In this document: positions 47,666 through 58,361 of the stretch, piece by piece
Position numbering within the stretch: position 1 is the first letter of the stretch
How the letters are laid out: each line of letters opens with the position of its first letter
Source: Bacteroidota bacterium
GTDB taxonomy: Bacteria > Bacteroidota > Bacteroidia > JABDFU01
NCBI GenBank assembly: GCA_013286655.1
Contig: JABDFG010000008.1
Location: forward strand, 413-64,412
DNA length: 64,000 bases
Direction of reading: 5' to 3'
Position numbers and translations under genes: made by a program
The notes under the pieces: generated by a model
What the model saw: the letters and a program-made list of their open reading frames with translations, nothing else
Told to the model about the DNA's origin: nothing
Databases searched by the model: none

Positions 47666-49399
47666 TTAATTCACCAGCGCTTTAAACCCAGCATCATCTC
47701 TTAATTTGATGAACTCTGCGTCGTTCTTTGCTTTGTCCTTATAAGAAGCATCTTTACCGATTGCAGTTTTCAGGTTATTAATAACCATATCAGTTTTCGC
47801 TGTACGCGCACCAATGATCGCTTTCAGATAATAACCCAGTGCAGAATCTTTGTCATCCGATGCATCAATTACCTGTGCAGCAGCATCCGGACTTCCATTC
47901 AGCACTTTGGCCAATGCCATGTTGAACGTATTGAAACTTCCGAAGTTGGATACAGCACTTGCGTAATTACCGTTCATGATGTCAATAATTCCCATGTTAT
48001 AGTTTACTTCAGCGCCCGCACCAGCAGCTTCTTTGTATAGTTCAGTTGCTTTTTTGCGATCGCCTTTCCAACGTGCAACAATCCCTTGGTTATTTTTAAT
48101 AATCGGATTCTTTGCATCCACCGTCGCTGCTTTGCTGAATTCAGCATCCGCATCCGTCATTTTGTTTTGCATAAGATAGATACAACCCGCATTGTTGATC
48201 GCTCTCCAGTCGCTTGGGTATTTACCTTCAGCAGCTTTGTAGATCGTCAAACGCGTATTCATGTCTTTTGTAAGGTTTGCCCCTGCATACAGTAATTCTT
48301 CCACGGAAAGACTGTCAGGAGTGGAATTTACCAATTGCATAATCTGATCATCGCTTCTGCTTTTTTCTTCACCGTTTAAGGTAAGTTCAGATCTCCTTAA
48401 TTTTGGAAGGATATGATCTTCCACTTCCACAAAGGATTTCGCCATGTTTTTAATTTCTTTATTACGTTGGTCAGGATCAGAATACATCGTCAGAACACGC
48501 AGGATAAGGTCCTTGTCCTTAATGTCGGATTTTTCCATCGCGGCTTTAAATCCGTCCCAATCCTCACCCTTACCTGCTTTGTTATAAAATTCTTCCTTTT
48601 CTCCTGCTTCCAGTTTGTATTTCTTTTCTTTGAAAAGTGCCATCAGCGCTTTTGCCGCACTTGCTGCACGATCGTTTGCCAGGTTGGTGTTCATGCCTTG
48701 CTCACCGTCCGGTGAAGCATAAGCCGTTACATTTATACCTTTGAACTCATAACCCTTTGCAAGACCTTTTTCAATAAATTCTTTGAAATTTTTCATGTCT
48801 GCACTATTCATTTCCGTCGGCCGCACATTAGACTGACTGATGACATAATAAATAACCGAATTCACCGATACCGGTTTGGTTTTGGTAAAAGCATCTTTAC
48901 CCATGATGGATTTCTCATCACTCTTAACGAGGAAAGGTGTCACAATTGTACCATCCGCTATTTTTATCTCGGGAAAATCCTTTTTCTTTGTTTTAACTGC
49001 TCCGGATATTTTTAGTTCCACTGTAGCATTTTCCATTCCTTTTTCATAACCAGTATGGTCAGAATAAGAGAAACTGCCTCCTGCCGCATTCGCTACCTTT
49101 GTTCCGGTACCTTCTGCTTTTTCGCCGATAACGGTAACCGATTTAAGCGCCTTTTCACCACCTGTGTATTTGATAGTTGGAGTGATAGTCAATACCGCTT
49201 TTTTTGCGAAATATTTGGCAGGATACTTACCTGCAATGGTAACGGATACGCTATCACCATTCATTTGAATTGGGTTAGGCGTTACTGTATATTGAACAGT
49301 ATTTGCATTTTTAGCCATTTTGCCTAAGCCGTCACATGCGGTAAAACCTATGGCTGCAAAAGCTGCCAGACTCAAAATTTGTAAACTGTTATTTTTCAT
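47666..49399 (-). CDS. hypothetical lipoprotein with C-terminal TPR-like repeats
   Basis: Lipobox AAIGFTAC. The C-terminal third has Ala/Tyr/Asn-rich helical-repeat character. Confidence 0.45.
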   Translation of the reverse strand: MKNNSLQILSLAAFAAIGFTACDGLGKMAKNANTVQYTVTPNPIQMNGDSVSVTIAGKYPAKYFAKKAVLTITPTIKYTGGEKALKSVTVIGEKAEGTGTKVANAAGGSFSYSDHTGYEKGMENATVELKISGAVKTKKKDFPEIKIADGTIVTPFLVKSDEKSIMGKDAFTKTKPVSVNSVIYYVISQSNVRPTEMNSADMKNFKEFIEKGLAKGYEFKGINVTAYASPDGEQGMNTNLANDRAASAAKALMALFKEKKYKLEAGEKEEFYNKAGKGEDWDGFKAAMEKSDIKDKDLILRVLTMYSDPDQRNKEIKNMAKSFVEVEDHILPKLRRSELTLNGEEKSRSDDQIMQLVNSTPDSLSVEELLYAGANLTKDMNTRLTIYKAAEGKYPSDWRAINNAGCIYLMQNKMTDADAEFSKAATVDAKNPIIKNNQGIVARWKGDRKKATELYKEAAGAGAEVNYNMGIIDIMNGNYASAVSNFGSFNTFNMALAKVLNGSPDAAAQVIDASDDKDSALGYYLKAIIGARTAKTDMVINNLKTAIGKDASYKDKAKNDAEFIKLRDDAGFKALVN

Positions 49400-49512
49400 C
49401 AGTAAATGTTTTACTTGTTTGGTTTAGTATTCGTTACGCTAACTAACAGTTGCAAAAGTAACTATTTTTTTAAAATATGAAAGATATTTACAAAGTTCTT
49501 ATAATGAGAAGT

Positions 49513-50004
49513 TTAGCTCAGTTTTGCAACACTCAGGGTATCCTTGCAGTTTTTTAACATTTGTTCAATGTTCATACCGGTTATGGGATGTTTGTATTCC
49601 GGAGCAAGTTCAAACATAGGTTTCAGCGCAAAATTACGTTCCTGCAGGCGGGGATGCGGAATCGTCAGGAATTCCGTTTCCAAACGGTCATTGTTGTAAA
49701 AAAGGATGTCAATGTCGATCATTCTTGGGCTAAATTGCTCATCCTCTTTGCGTTTGCGCCCCATCAGGCGTTCAATGGAGAGTAATTCATGCAATAACAT
49801 GGAAGGTTCCAGGTGCGTTTCAATAAATACGGCCTGATTGAAGAAGAATTGCTGATGGGGATTTTTCCCCCAGGGAGCTGTTTCATAAACAGAGGAGTGT
49901 TTCAGGATCTTACCTGCATAGTTTTCGATATGTGACAAAGCGTCCAACAGATTCTGACGCCTGTTTCCCATGTTGGAACCTAATAAAAGATAAGCTTTAT
50001 GCAT
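49513..50004 (-). CDS. folK: 2-amino-4-hydroxy-6-hydroxymethyldihydropteridine diphosphokinase
   Basis: YLLLGSNMG, YETAPWG, PRMIDIDIL and IPHPRLQERNF motifs. Confidence 0.85.
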   Translation of the reverse strand: MHKAYLLLGSNMGNRRQNLLDALSHIENYAGKILKHSSVYETAPWGKNPHQQFFFNQAVFIETHLEPSMLLHELLSIERLMGRKRKEDEQFSPRMIDIDILFYNNDRLETEFLTIPHPRLQERNFALKPMFELAPEYKHPITGMNIEQMLKNCKDTLSVAKLS

Positions 50005-50108
50005 CTCCCGAATTTAACATCGGTTAAGTAACAAAAAAAATTACTTTTGGACAAGCTTTAATATGAGTAATATTGCCACATGACAGAAGAAACCAAAATT
50101 ATATACAG

Positions 50109-51878
50109 ATGAAACAATTTTTTAAATACGTACTGGCGACCATGACCGGTTTGATCATTACTTTTTTCCTGTTCCTCTTTTTGCTTTTTGTTATCGCATT
50201 GGGAGTTGTCTCCTCTGCTACCAAGGAAAAGACGTTTACGGTAAAGTCTAATTCCGTGCTCCACCTTAAGTTTACGTTGCCGGTTACCGAACGTACTGCA
50301 AATAATCCATTCAAAGATTTTAATTTTGCTTCTTTTTCTGCTAACAAGCAGCTTGGTCTGAATGACATACTGGAGAATATCGAAAAAGCAAAAACAGATC
50401 CGGATATAAAAGGTATTTATATGGATATGAGTAGCGTTCCTGCCGGAATTGCCACCATTGAGGAAATCCGGAATGCACTTATTGACTTTAAAACTTCCGG
50501 AAAATTTATTTTATCCTATAGCGAAGGATATGGCCAGGGAGCTTATTATTTAGCCAGTGTAGCCGATAAAATCTACCTCAACCCCCAGGGTAATCTGGAT
50601 TGGAAAGGGATCAGTGCGCAGATTATGTTCTTTAAAGGCGCACTTGAAAAGCTGGAAATAAGTGCACAGATATTTCGTCATGGTAAATTTAAAAGTGCGA
50701 TTGAGCCCTTTGACCTGGAGAAAATGAGTACGGCCAACCGTTTACAGACTCTGACGTATATTGACGCGATCTGGAATCATTTGTTAGAAGGCATTTCTAA
50801 AAGCCGTTCCGTTTCTATTGAAGAATTGAACAGCCTGGCTGATAATATGAGTATTCGTAAACCCGAAGACGCTGTCAGATTTAAACTGGTGGATGGTCTT
50901 AAATACAAGGATGAAATAATCGATGAACTGAAAGAGAAACTTGGCCTGAAAAAGAAGAACAAGATCAATTATGTAGACCTGGATGAATACATACATGCTC
51001 CTAAAACGGAGAAGGGTGCTGGTAAGGAAAAAATCGCCATTATTTACGCAGTGGGTACTATTGAAAGTGGAGAAGGAGATGAAGAAAGTATAGGTTCAGA
51101 ACGAATTTCAAAAGCTATCCGGGAAGCCAGAATGGATAGCAACATCAAGGCCATTGTATTGCGTGTAAATTCTCCGGGAGGAAGCGCATTGGCATCTGAT
51201 GTTATCTGGAGAGAAGCTTTTCTGGCAGAAAAAGCCAAACCCTTTATTGTATCGATGGGAGATGTGGCCGCTTCGGGCGGTTATTATATTTCCTGTGCGG
51301 CGGATATAATTGTTGCACAGCCGAACACGATTACCGGTTCCATCGGTGTATTCGGGATTTTGCCGAATGCACAAAAGTTTTTCAATAATAAACTGGGTAT
51401 TACCATCGATACGGCAAATACCAATAAACATGCGGGTATGGGCAGCCCCTTCCGTCCTGTTTCTGCAGAGGAAGGACAGGTTATTCAGCAAAGTGTGGAG
51501 GACGTGTATGACGTGTTTACCAGTAAAGTAGCAGATGGCCGTAAAAAGACAAAAGGAGAAATAGACAGCATTGGACAGGGAAGGGTCTGGAGCGGAACAG
51601 ATGCAAAGAAAATCGGGTTGGTGGATGAACTGGGAGGAATTAAAGAAGCCATCCACATTGCTGCGAAAAAGGCAAAATTGGAAAAATACAAAATTGTTGA
51701 ACTACCCAAACAAAAAGATTTCTGGGAACAATTGGTTAAAGATTTTAGTGAGGACACCGAAACTAAAATGCTGAAAAAAGAGCTGGGTGTTAATTATGAA
51801 TACTACCGGCACTTTATGGAAATAAATAATGCTAAAGGTGTTCAGGCAAGAATGCCCTATGATATGCTGATTTATTAA
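50109..51878 (+). CDS. sppA: signal peptide peptidase SppA, 67K type
   Basis: N-terminal TM. Duplicated ClpP/crotonase-like domains. VNSPGGSALASD and AASGGYY serine-protease motifs. Confidence 0.85.
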   Translation: MKQFFKYVLATMTGLIITFFLFLFLLFVIALGVVSSATKEKTFTVKSNSVLHLKFTLPVTERTANNPFKDFNFASFSANKQLGLNDILENIEKAKTDPDIKGIYMDMSSVPAGIATIEEIRNALIDFKTSGKFILSYSEGYGQGAYYLASVADKIYLNPQGNLDWKGISAQIMFFKGALEKLEISAQIFRHGKFKSAIEPFDLEKMSTANRLQTLTYIDAIWNHLLEGISKSRSVSIEELNSLADNMSIRKPEDAVRFKLVDGLKYKDEIIDELKEKLGLKKKNKINYVDLDEYIHAPKTEKGAGKEKIAIIYAVGTIESGEGDEESIGSERISKAIREARMDSNIKAIVLRVNSPGGSALASDVIWREAFLAEKAKPFIVSMGDVAASGGYYISCAADIIVAQPNTITGSIGVFGILPNAQKFFNNKLGITIDTANTNKHAGMGSPFRPVSAEEGQVIQQSVEDVYDVFTSKVADGRKKTKGEIDSIGQGRVWSGTDAKKIGLVDELGGIKEAIHIAAKKAKLEKYKIVELPKQKDFWEQLVKDFSEDTETKMLKKELGVNYEYYRHFMEINNAKGVQARMPYDMLIY

Positions 51879-51897
51879 TGCCAGAAGGGGGGATTAA

Positions 51898-52476
51898 ATG
51901 AAGGTCGGCTTGTTTTTCGGTTCTTTTAATCCTGTTCATATTGGTCATATGGCCATTGCCAATTACCTGATTGAGTTTTCCGATTTAGAGCAGATCTGGT
52001 TTGTTGTTTCCCCGCATAACCCCTTGAAAGAAAAAAAGACATTGCTGGCAGATCATCATCGTTTGCAATTGGTAAAAGAAGCGATCGGAGATGATAAGCG
52101 TTTTAAAGCGAGCGATATTGAATTTAAATTGTCCCAGCCATCTTATACGATTCACACGCTTACCTATTTGAAAGAAAAATACCCGGACAAACAGTTCGTC
52201 CTGATCATTGGTTCGGATAACCTCCCGACGTTCCACAAATGGAAGAATTATCAAGAGATCATAAAGGAATACCCCCTATATGTTTATCCACGCCTGGGAT
52301 CTGCCCCTGTATCCTCCTCTTCTGTGGAGAAAGCGATCACCCGGCTGAATGCTCCGGTGATGGAAGTTTCATCCACTTTTATCCGGGAAGCGATCCGGGA
52401 TAAAAAAGATATGCGCCACTTTTTACCGGAGGCAGTATACAATTATATCCGGGAAATGCATTTCTATAAGAAGTAA
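51898..52476 (+). CDS. nadD: nicotinate-nucleotide adenylyltransferase
   Basis: GLFFGSFNPVHIGH (HxGH) and the ISSTFIR motif. Confidence 0.85.
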   Translation: MKVGLFFGSFNPVHIGHMAIANYLIEFSDLEQIWFVVSPHNPLKEKKTLLADHHRLQLVKEAIGDDKRFKASDIEFKLSQPSYTIHTLTYLKEKYPDKQFVLIIGSDNLPTFHKWKNYQEIIKEYPLYVYPRLGSAPVSSSSVEKAITRLNAPVMEVSSTFIREAIRDKKDMRHFLPEAVYNYIREMHFYKK

Positions 52477-52489
52477 TCCTGGGCTTGGT

Positions 52490-53083
52490 TTAATAAAAGG
52501 AGTCTTTCTTACCCTTGTATGCACCCGAGAAAAACAGGTCAAGTTTTGCCCCCAAAATAAGCCGATGGGAATTAATATCTGCGAATGCACTGATACCTCC
52601 CCCCGTATCGTAGGTGAATTTTTTAATTAATTCAGTGTTGAAGTAAAGGCCTACATCCTTGATAGGATTTTGATCATATCCATTGCCCTGACGTTCGTAA
52701 AAAGTAGAGAACGAAAGCCCTCCGAAATAGGCAAAGTTAAGGTTGCCGTCTTCTGTGCGTTTTCCGTAACACAAGTGAAACTGGTAATTGTTGTATTCGC
52801 CAAATTGGTCTCCTGTGACAAACAATCCGAACTGGAAATACTCCTTTTGAATGTGAAAGTTATAGTCAATACCTCCGGTGAATTGCTGTCCTCCGAACTG
52901 ACTGTTTTTTGCGATACCTCCTCCGGCACTTAACCAGTTATTATACTTTCTGAAAACATTGTCTGCAACAAGAGTATCTCGTTTCCACACAGGTTTCGAA
53001 GCCTGGCCCTGGGCCATTGTTTTTGTGCAAAACAAGAAGGGTATGCAAGCCAGGTAAAACAGGTATTTTAGTTGACCGTACAT
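52490..53083 (-). CDS. hypothetical small outer-membrane beta-barrel protein
   Basis: Signal peptide and a Gly/Tyr/Phe-rich strand pattern. The start overlaps the fumC stop (TAATG). Confidence 0.4.
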   Translation of the reverse strand: MYGQLKYLFYLACIPFLFCTKTMAQGQASKPVWKRDTLVADNVFRKYNNWLSAGGGIAKNSQFGGQQFTGGIDYNFHIQKEYFQFGLFVTGDQFGEYNNYQFHLCYGKRTEDGNLNFAYFGGLSFSTFYERQGNGYDQNPIKDVGLYFNTELIKKFTYDTGGGISAFADINSHRLILGAKLDLFFSGAYKGKKDSFY

Positions 53084-54492
53084 TATTGCAGTGAGCCTAC
53101 CATCGTTTCAGGTTTCACCCACTGGTTAAATTGTTCGTCTGTCAGCAGGCCAAGGTCAATTGCAGCTTTGCGCAAAGACAGCCCTTCCTTATGAGCTTTC
53201 TTGGCAATTTTGGCTGCATTCTCATAGCCGATATGCGGGTTGAGTGCGGTTACCAGCATTAAGGATTCTTCCAGATGCTGTTGAATCATCTTCAGATTAG
53301 GCTGAATGCCCACCGCACAATGTTCATTGAAAGAAACACAGGCATCTCCAAGCAAACGTGCCGATTGTAAAACATTTGCTGCGATAAGTGGTTTGAATAC
53401 ATTTAATTCAAAATGTCCCGTTGCACCTCCGATAGAGACGGCTACATCATTGCCCATTACCTGGGCACAAACCATCGTCAAGGCTTCGGGTTGAGTCGGA
53501 TTGACTTTGCCCGGCATGATGGACGAACCCGGTTCGTTATCCGGTATGCTGATTTCACCGATTCCGCAGCGGGGGCCGGAACTGAGCATGCGGACGTCAT
53601 TTGCGATCTTCATTAAAGAAACGGCGGAGCGTTTGAGTGCTCCTGAGAGTTCAACCATTGCGTCATGCGCTGCCAGGGCCTCAAACTTGTTCGGAGCCGT
53701 AACGAAAGGAAGGCCGGTAAGCTCGGCTATTTTTTTTGCCACCAGCACATCGTATCCTTTAGGGGTATTCAATCCGGTCCCGACAGCCGTACCTCCAAGC
53801 GCTAATTCGCTGACAGCCTGCAAAGCATTTTTTAAGGTGCGCAGGCTATTGCTGATTTGCTGTGCATAACCCGAAAACTCCTGGCCAAGTGTCAGTGGGG
53901 TGGCGTCCATAAAATGTGTGCGGCCAATTTTTACAATGCTTTTAAATTCCACCGATTTTTTTTGCAAGGTAGCCTGCAGTTTTTCCATTCCCGGAATAGT
54001 TACTTCGCTCACCAGTTTATAGGCAGCAATATGCATGGCGGTAGGAAATGTATCATTTGAGGATTGAGATTTATTGACATCATCATTCGGATGGAGTACC
54101 TTTTTTTCATCTGTGAGTTTCCCCCCGTTAACGACATGTGCCCGATAGGCAATGACTTCGTTGGCATTCATGTTCGATTGTGTACCGGAGCCTGTTTGCC
54201 AGATAACAAGCGGAAATTGTTCGTCCAATTTGCCGGTCAGAATTTCATCACATATTTTGGCAATCAGGTCTTTTTTATCGGCTGTCAATACGCCCAACTC
54301 ATTATTTGCCATCGCGGCGGCCTTTTTCAGGTAAGCGAACGCATGAATGATTTCCTTGGGCATAGAGGCTTCCGAGCCAATCTTGAAATTGTTCCGGGAA
54401 CGTTCGGTTTGTGCACCCCAGTATTTATCGGCTGGTACTTTTACCTCGCCCATGGTATCTTTTTCAATGCGGAAGTTCGTTTCTGTCGCCAT
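53083..54492 (-). CDS. fumC: class II fumarate hydratase
   Basis: [25 protein letters not shown] signature and [13 protein letters not shown] at 54492 is preferred. Confidence 0.9.
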   Translation of the reverse strand: MATETNFRIEKDTMGEVKVPADKYWGAQTERSRNNFKIGSEASMPKEIIHAFAYLKKAAAMANNELGVLTADKKDLIAKICDEILTGKLDEQFPLVIWQTGSGTQSNMNANEVIAYRAHVVNGGKLTDEKKVLHPNDDVNKSQSSNDTFPTAMHIAAYKLVSEVTIPGMEKLQATLQKKSVEFKSIVKIGRTHFMDATPLTLGQEFSGYAQQISNSLRTLKNALQAVSELALGGTAVGTGLNTPKGYDVLVAKKIAELTGLPFVTAPNKFEALAAHDAMVELSGALKRSAVSLMKIANDVRMLSSGPRCGIGEISIPDNEPGSSIMPGKVNPTQPEALTMVCAQVMGNDVAVSIGGATGHFELNVFKPLIAANVLQSARLLGDACVSFNEHCAVGIQPNLKMIQQHLEESLMLVTALNPHIGYENAAKIAKKAHKEGLSLRKAAIDLGLLTDEQFNQWVKPETMVGSLQ

Positions 54493-54526
54493 GATTGAAT
54501 TTGTCATTTGGTTGTTTCTAAAGGTA

Positions 54527-54874
54527 TCAAAATAATTTTTCAATAGTTGAAGCAGGTCGGCCGATAACTGCTTTGTTTCCCTTCACGATAATGGGCCGTT
54601 CAATTAAAACAGGGTTTTTAACTAATACCTTTATCCATTCTGTTTCCGTTAGCTTTTTGTCTTTGTATTTTTCTTTGTAAAGAGGCTCTCCTTTGCGGAC
54701 AATCTCTTCCGCTTTCATACCAAGTTTTTTTAATAATTCTTTGATCTTTTTTTCATTCAGAGGACTTTTCAGGTACTCCACGATTTCAATATCCATTCCC
54801 ATAGTGTCGATCAGGGTACAAACCTCCCGGCTTTTACTACATTTAGGGTTGTGGTAAATGGTAAGTTGTGTCAT
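54527..54874 (-). CDS. ArsC/Spx-family protein (glutaredoxin-type arsenate reductase-like)
   Basis: [13 protein letters not shown]-terminal catalytic-cysteine motif. 115 aa. Confidence 0.65.
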   Translation of the reverse strand: MTQLTIYHNPKCSKSREVCTLIDTMGMDIEIVEYLKSPLNEKKIKELLKKLGMKAEEIVRKGEPLYKEKYKDKKLTETEWIKVLVKNPVLIERPIIVKGNKAVIGRPASTIEKLF

Positions 54875-54878
54875 TCGT

Positions 54879-55971
54879 TTAGTTCGAACTACCGTATTCC
54901 ATCAAATAAGATTTAATAAAATCATTCAAATCCCCGTCCAGTACTGCCTGAGCATTTGAAGTTTCATGGTCCGTGCGGATATCTTTCACTAACTTATATG
55001 GATGAAGAACATAATTACGGATCTGCGAGCCCCATTCAATTTTTTTCTTTCCGGCTTCCACGAGCGCTTTCGCTTCGTTTCGTTTGCGCATCTCTATTTC
55101 AAAAAGCTGGGATTTAAGCATCACCATTGCCCGCTCTTTATTTCCGCTTTGGGAACGGTCCACTTGGCATACCACCACAATGCCCGACGGTTTATGCGTT
55201 AACTGCACTTTCGTCTCCACCTTGTTTACATTCTGCCCGCCCGCACCTCCTGACCGGGAGGTCTGCCACTCGATATCTCCAGCCTTTACTTCAATCGTAA
55301 TTTCATCGTTTACCAAAGGATACACATATACGGATGCAAAAGAGGTATGGCGCTTGGCATTTGCGTCGAAAGGTGAAATCCTTACCAAGCGGTGAACTCC
55401 GTTTTCTCCTTTCAGGTAGCCGTATGCAAAGTCTCCCTCAAATTCCAGCACAACCGATTTTATGCCGGCCATATCACCATCTTGTTTGTCTACCTCTTTT
55501 ACTTTAAAACCATTTTTTTCACCCCACATGATGTACATGCGCATCAGCATGCTGGCCCAGTCACAGCTTTCTGTTCCGCCGGCACCCGAGTTGATCTGTA
55601 AAACAGCATTCAAGCGGTCTTCCTGACCGCTGAGCATGTTTTTAAACTCCAGTTCTTCCAGTTGTTTTAAGGTAATGCTGTAATGGACTTCTATCTCTTT
55701 TTCGGTAGCATCACCTGATTTGTAAAAATCAAAAAGCAACTCCATGTCGTCCACATTTTTGCAGATGCTGGCGTAGCCATCCGTCCATATTTTTTTGGAG
55801 CGGATAACTTTTATGATATCTTCCGCTTTTTTGGGATCGTCCCAAAATTTGGGATTAAGAGTTTTTACTTCTTCTTCCCGTATTTCTTCCAGTTTCCCAG
55901 GGATGTCAAAGATGCCTCCCCAACGTTTCAGTACGTTGTTTCAGTTCCTTTATGTGGTCAAGTGTAATCAT
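54879..55971 (-). CDS. prfB: peptide chain release factor 2, with programmed +1 ribosomal frameshift
   Basis: Frame 0 is MITLDHIKELKQRTETLGRHL, then in-frame TGA (55906-55908). The +1 frame continues DIPGKLEEIREE... into the 54879..55754 ORF. SPF-type and GGQ (SRSGGAGGQNVNKV) motifs are present. Confidence 0.9.
55905..55920 (-). promoter_or_regulatory. RF2 +1 frameshift site
   Basis: The minus strand reads GGGAGG CAT CTT TGA C, an SD-like element 3 nt upstream of CUU UGA C. Confidence 0.85.
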
Positions 55972-56032
55972 GTTGCGAAATTAAGGAAAAACCGTTGAGG
56001 TTTGCCGAATAATTGGTAAAATTGCAGTTCCT

Positions 56033-56890
56033 ATGAGTAAAGTAAGAGATTATGTGCAGTTCGCTAAACTCAGACTCTCCAGCTTAGTTGTATTTTCTGC
56101 CGCTATTTCCTATATCACCGTATCACATCCCGTCGATTGGATGAAATTAATCTGGCTCGTCTTAGGAGGATTCTTAGTTACTGCCTCTTCCAATGGGTTT
56201 AACCAGATCATTGAACGCGAAACGGATAGGCTAATGATCAGAACTGCCAACAGGCCATTGCCACAAGGTCGTATGACTATTAACGAAGCTGTCCTGGTAG
56301 CCTCTCTGATGGGTTTTGCAGGAGCCTCTGTTTTGTTCTTCTGTATTAATTTGTTGAGTGGAATACTCGGATTACTGGCTTTGTTGCTATATGTGCTGAT
56401 CTACACCCCTTTAAAACGGAAAACTCCTTTTGCCGTTTTTGTCGGCGCTTTTCCGGGCGCCATTCCTCCATTATTGGGCTGTGTAGCTGCTACAAGTGGA
56501 GCGGGAAGTTTTACGGTACAGGCCTGGATTCTTTTTTCCATACAATTCATCTGGCAATTCCCGCATTTTTGGGCAATTGCCTGGGTACTCGACGATGATT
56601 ATAAAAGAGCCGGATTCAAAATGTTGCCGTCCGCGGGAGGACGGGACAAAGCAAGTGCTTTTCAGGTATTGATTTATACCTTGTTTTTGTTACCCATCAG
56701 TCTTACCCCAGTGTTTTTTGGCATGTCAGGAGTTGTTTCCGCAATTATTATTACCAGTTGTGGTTTATTATTTATCTACCAGGCACAAAAAGTGTTTAAC
56801 CAGTTGACGGTAAACTATGCAAAAAATCTGATGTTTGGGTCATTTGTGTATTTACCGATCGTTCAACTGGCGATCATGATGGGGAAATAG
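56033..56890 (+). CDS. cyoE: protoheme IX farnesyltransferase (heme O synthase)
   Basis: UbiA-family motifs NQIIERETDRLM and PLKRKTP. Nine TM segments. Confidence 0.9.
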   Translation: MSKVRDYVQFAKLRLSSLVVFSAAISYITVSHPVDWMKLIWLVLGGFLVTASSNGFNQIIERETDRLMIRTANRPLPQGRMTINEAVLVASLMGFAGASVLFFCINLLSGILGLLALLLYVLIYTPLKRKTPFAVFVGAFPGAIPPLLGCVAATSGAGSFTVQAWILFSIQFIWQFPHFWAIAWVLDDDYKRAGFKMLPSAGGRDKASAFQVLIYTLFLLPISLTPVFFGMSGVVSAIIITSCGLLFIYQAQKVFNQLTVNYAKNLMFGSFVYLPIVQLAIMMGK

Positions 56891-56918
56891 ATTAGGGAAT
56901 AGCCAATAGCCAATAGGG
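56891..56918. repeat. heptad-repeat element, locus D
   Basis: ATTAGGG AATAGCC AATAGCC AATAGGG, directly after the cyoE TAG stop. Confidence 0.75.
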
Positions 56919-56943
56919 CAGGGTGATATTAACATAAATAGAA

Positions 56944-57534
56944 ATGATGGAAGAAGAGATCAACATAAACGAAGAAATGAGGCAATCAAGGAGAAAGGTC
57001 GCTAAGAACCTTTTATGGCTGGGTATTGTGGGTATGGTGATGTTGTTTGCCGGTTTCACAAGTGCTTATGTAGTCAGACAAGCGAAAGGTGATTGGCTTC
57101 AGTTCACGATACCTCTTGCTTTTTTTGTCAGTACAGCACTGATCATTATCAGCAGCATCACGATGAACTGGGCCCTGACAGCCGCAAAAAATGAACAGCT
57201 TAAAAATATCAAGACAGCTATGCTGCTTACCTTACTGCTGGGGATAGGATTTGTCTTCTCTCAATACTGGGGCTGGAAGGGCCTGGTCAGTCAGCACATT
57301 TATTTTACAGGCCCGGGAAGTAATGCCTCCGGGTCTTTTTTTTACATTATTACATTTATGCACCTGCTGCATTTATTGGGCGGAATAATCTCCCTAATGG
57401 TGGTTTATTTTAAAGCCTTAGCCGAGAGATATCATGCAAAGGATTATTTAGGGATACAGCTTTGTGCCATTTATTGGCATTTTTTAGATGGACTTTGGAT
57501 CTATTTATTTCTATTTTTGTATTTAATTCGTTAA
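56944..57534 (+). CDS. heme-copper oxidase subunit III family protein
   Basis: Five TM segments. FFYIITFMHLLHLLGG and YWHFLD motifs. Confidence 0.75.
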   Translation: MMEEEININEEMRQSRRKVAKNLLWLGIVGMVMLFAGFTSAYVVRQAKGDWLQFTIPLAFFVSTALIIISSITMNWALTAAKNEQLKNIKTAMLLTLLLGIGFVFSQYWGWKGLVSQHIYFTGPGSNASGSFFYIITFMHLLHLLGGIISLMVVYFKALAERYHAKDYLGIQLCAIYWHFLDGLWIYLFLFLYLIR

Positions 57535-57576
57535 AATTGCAGTCGGATTAAAAACTTTAAACTTTAACTTTTTTGT

Positions 57577-58305
57577 ATGTCACACGCAGCAACGGGAAAT
57601 GAAGTTGAACACGGCTGGCAAGGTGGTGTTTCACCTTTCAGAGCCAGCTATGGGAAACTGTTTATGTGGTTTTTTCTGGTTTCTGACGCTTTAACATTTG
57701 GAGGCCTGTTATGTGCCTATGGATTTATGCGCCATAAATACCCGGATGCCTGGCCTGTTCCTGCCGATGTATTTACACACTTTCCGCTCGTTGAAAAACA
57801 TATCCCGCTAGCCTACGTTGGTTTAATGACCTTCATCCTGATCATGAGTTCAGTTACCATGGTGCTTGCGGTTGAATCAGGACATCGCAATAATAAAAAA
57901 GGAGTTATCATCTGGTTATTATTAACGATTATCGGAGGCTTAATGTTCGTTGGCTCTCAGGCATGGGAATGGTACCATTTTATTGTTGGATCCGAGCATG
58001 GCGCACTTCGGGAGGTCTGGGATGCGGAATCAGGAAAATACATTACCCAGGTTTTTCATGGAGCTAATTTGCTGCACAATGAGTATGGGCCTCCCGCATT
58101 TGGAGACTTCTTTTTCTTTATTACCGGATTTCACGGGTTTCACGTCTTTAGTGGTGTGATCATCAACATTGTTATATTCATTATGGTCGTGAAAGGCATC
58201 ATGGAAAAACGCGGGCACTATGAAATGGTGGAAAAAGTTGGACTTTACTGGCATTTTGTGGATTTGGTCTGGGTGTTTGTATTTACCTTCTTTTACCTAT
58301 TATAA
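57577..58305 (+). CDS. cytochrome c oxidase subunit III
   Basis: GFHGFHVFSGV and LYWHFVDLVWVFVF motifs. Confidence 0.8.
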   Translation: MSHAATGNEVEHGWQGGVSPFRASYGKLFMWFFLVSDALTFGGLLCAYGFMRHKYPDAWPVPADVFTHFPLVEKHIPLAYVGLMTFILIMSSVTMVLAVESGHRNNKKGVIIWLLLTIIGGLMFVGSQAWEWYHFIVGSEHGALREVWDAESGKYITQVFHGANLLHNEYGPPAFGDFFFFITGFHGFHVFSGVIINIVIFIMVVKGIMEKRGHYEMVEKVGLYWHFVDLVWVFVFTFFYLL

Positions 58306-58361
58306 GAACATTAAACGTTAAGTGCTAAACTTTAAACTACTAAACTTTAAACTGAATAAGC

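Noticed and set aside
53306-54535. Series of plus-strand ORFs inside fumC, and similar long antisense ORFs (5978..6469 in ppk, 10533..11078 in gldG, 41066..41602 in the TonB receptor, 51108..51656 in sppA, 36448..36837 across pccB/purD, 13552..13908 in sod, 14967..15359)
   Set aside because: Each lies antisense to, or out of frame within, a confidently identified conserved gene. None has recognisable motifs, so they are typical shadow ORFs.
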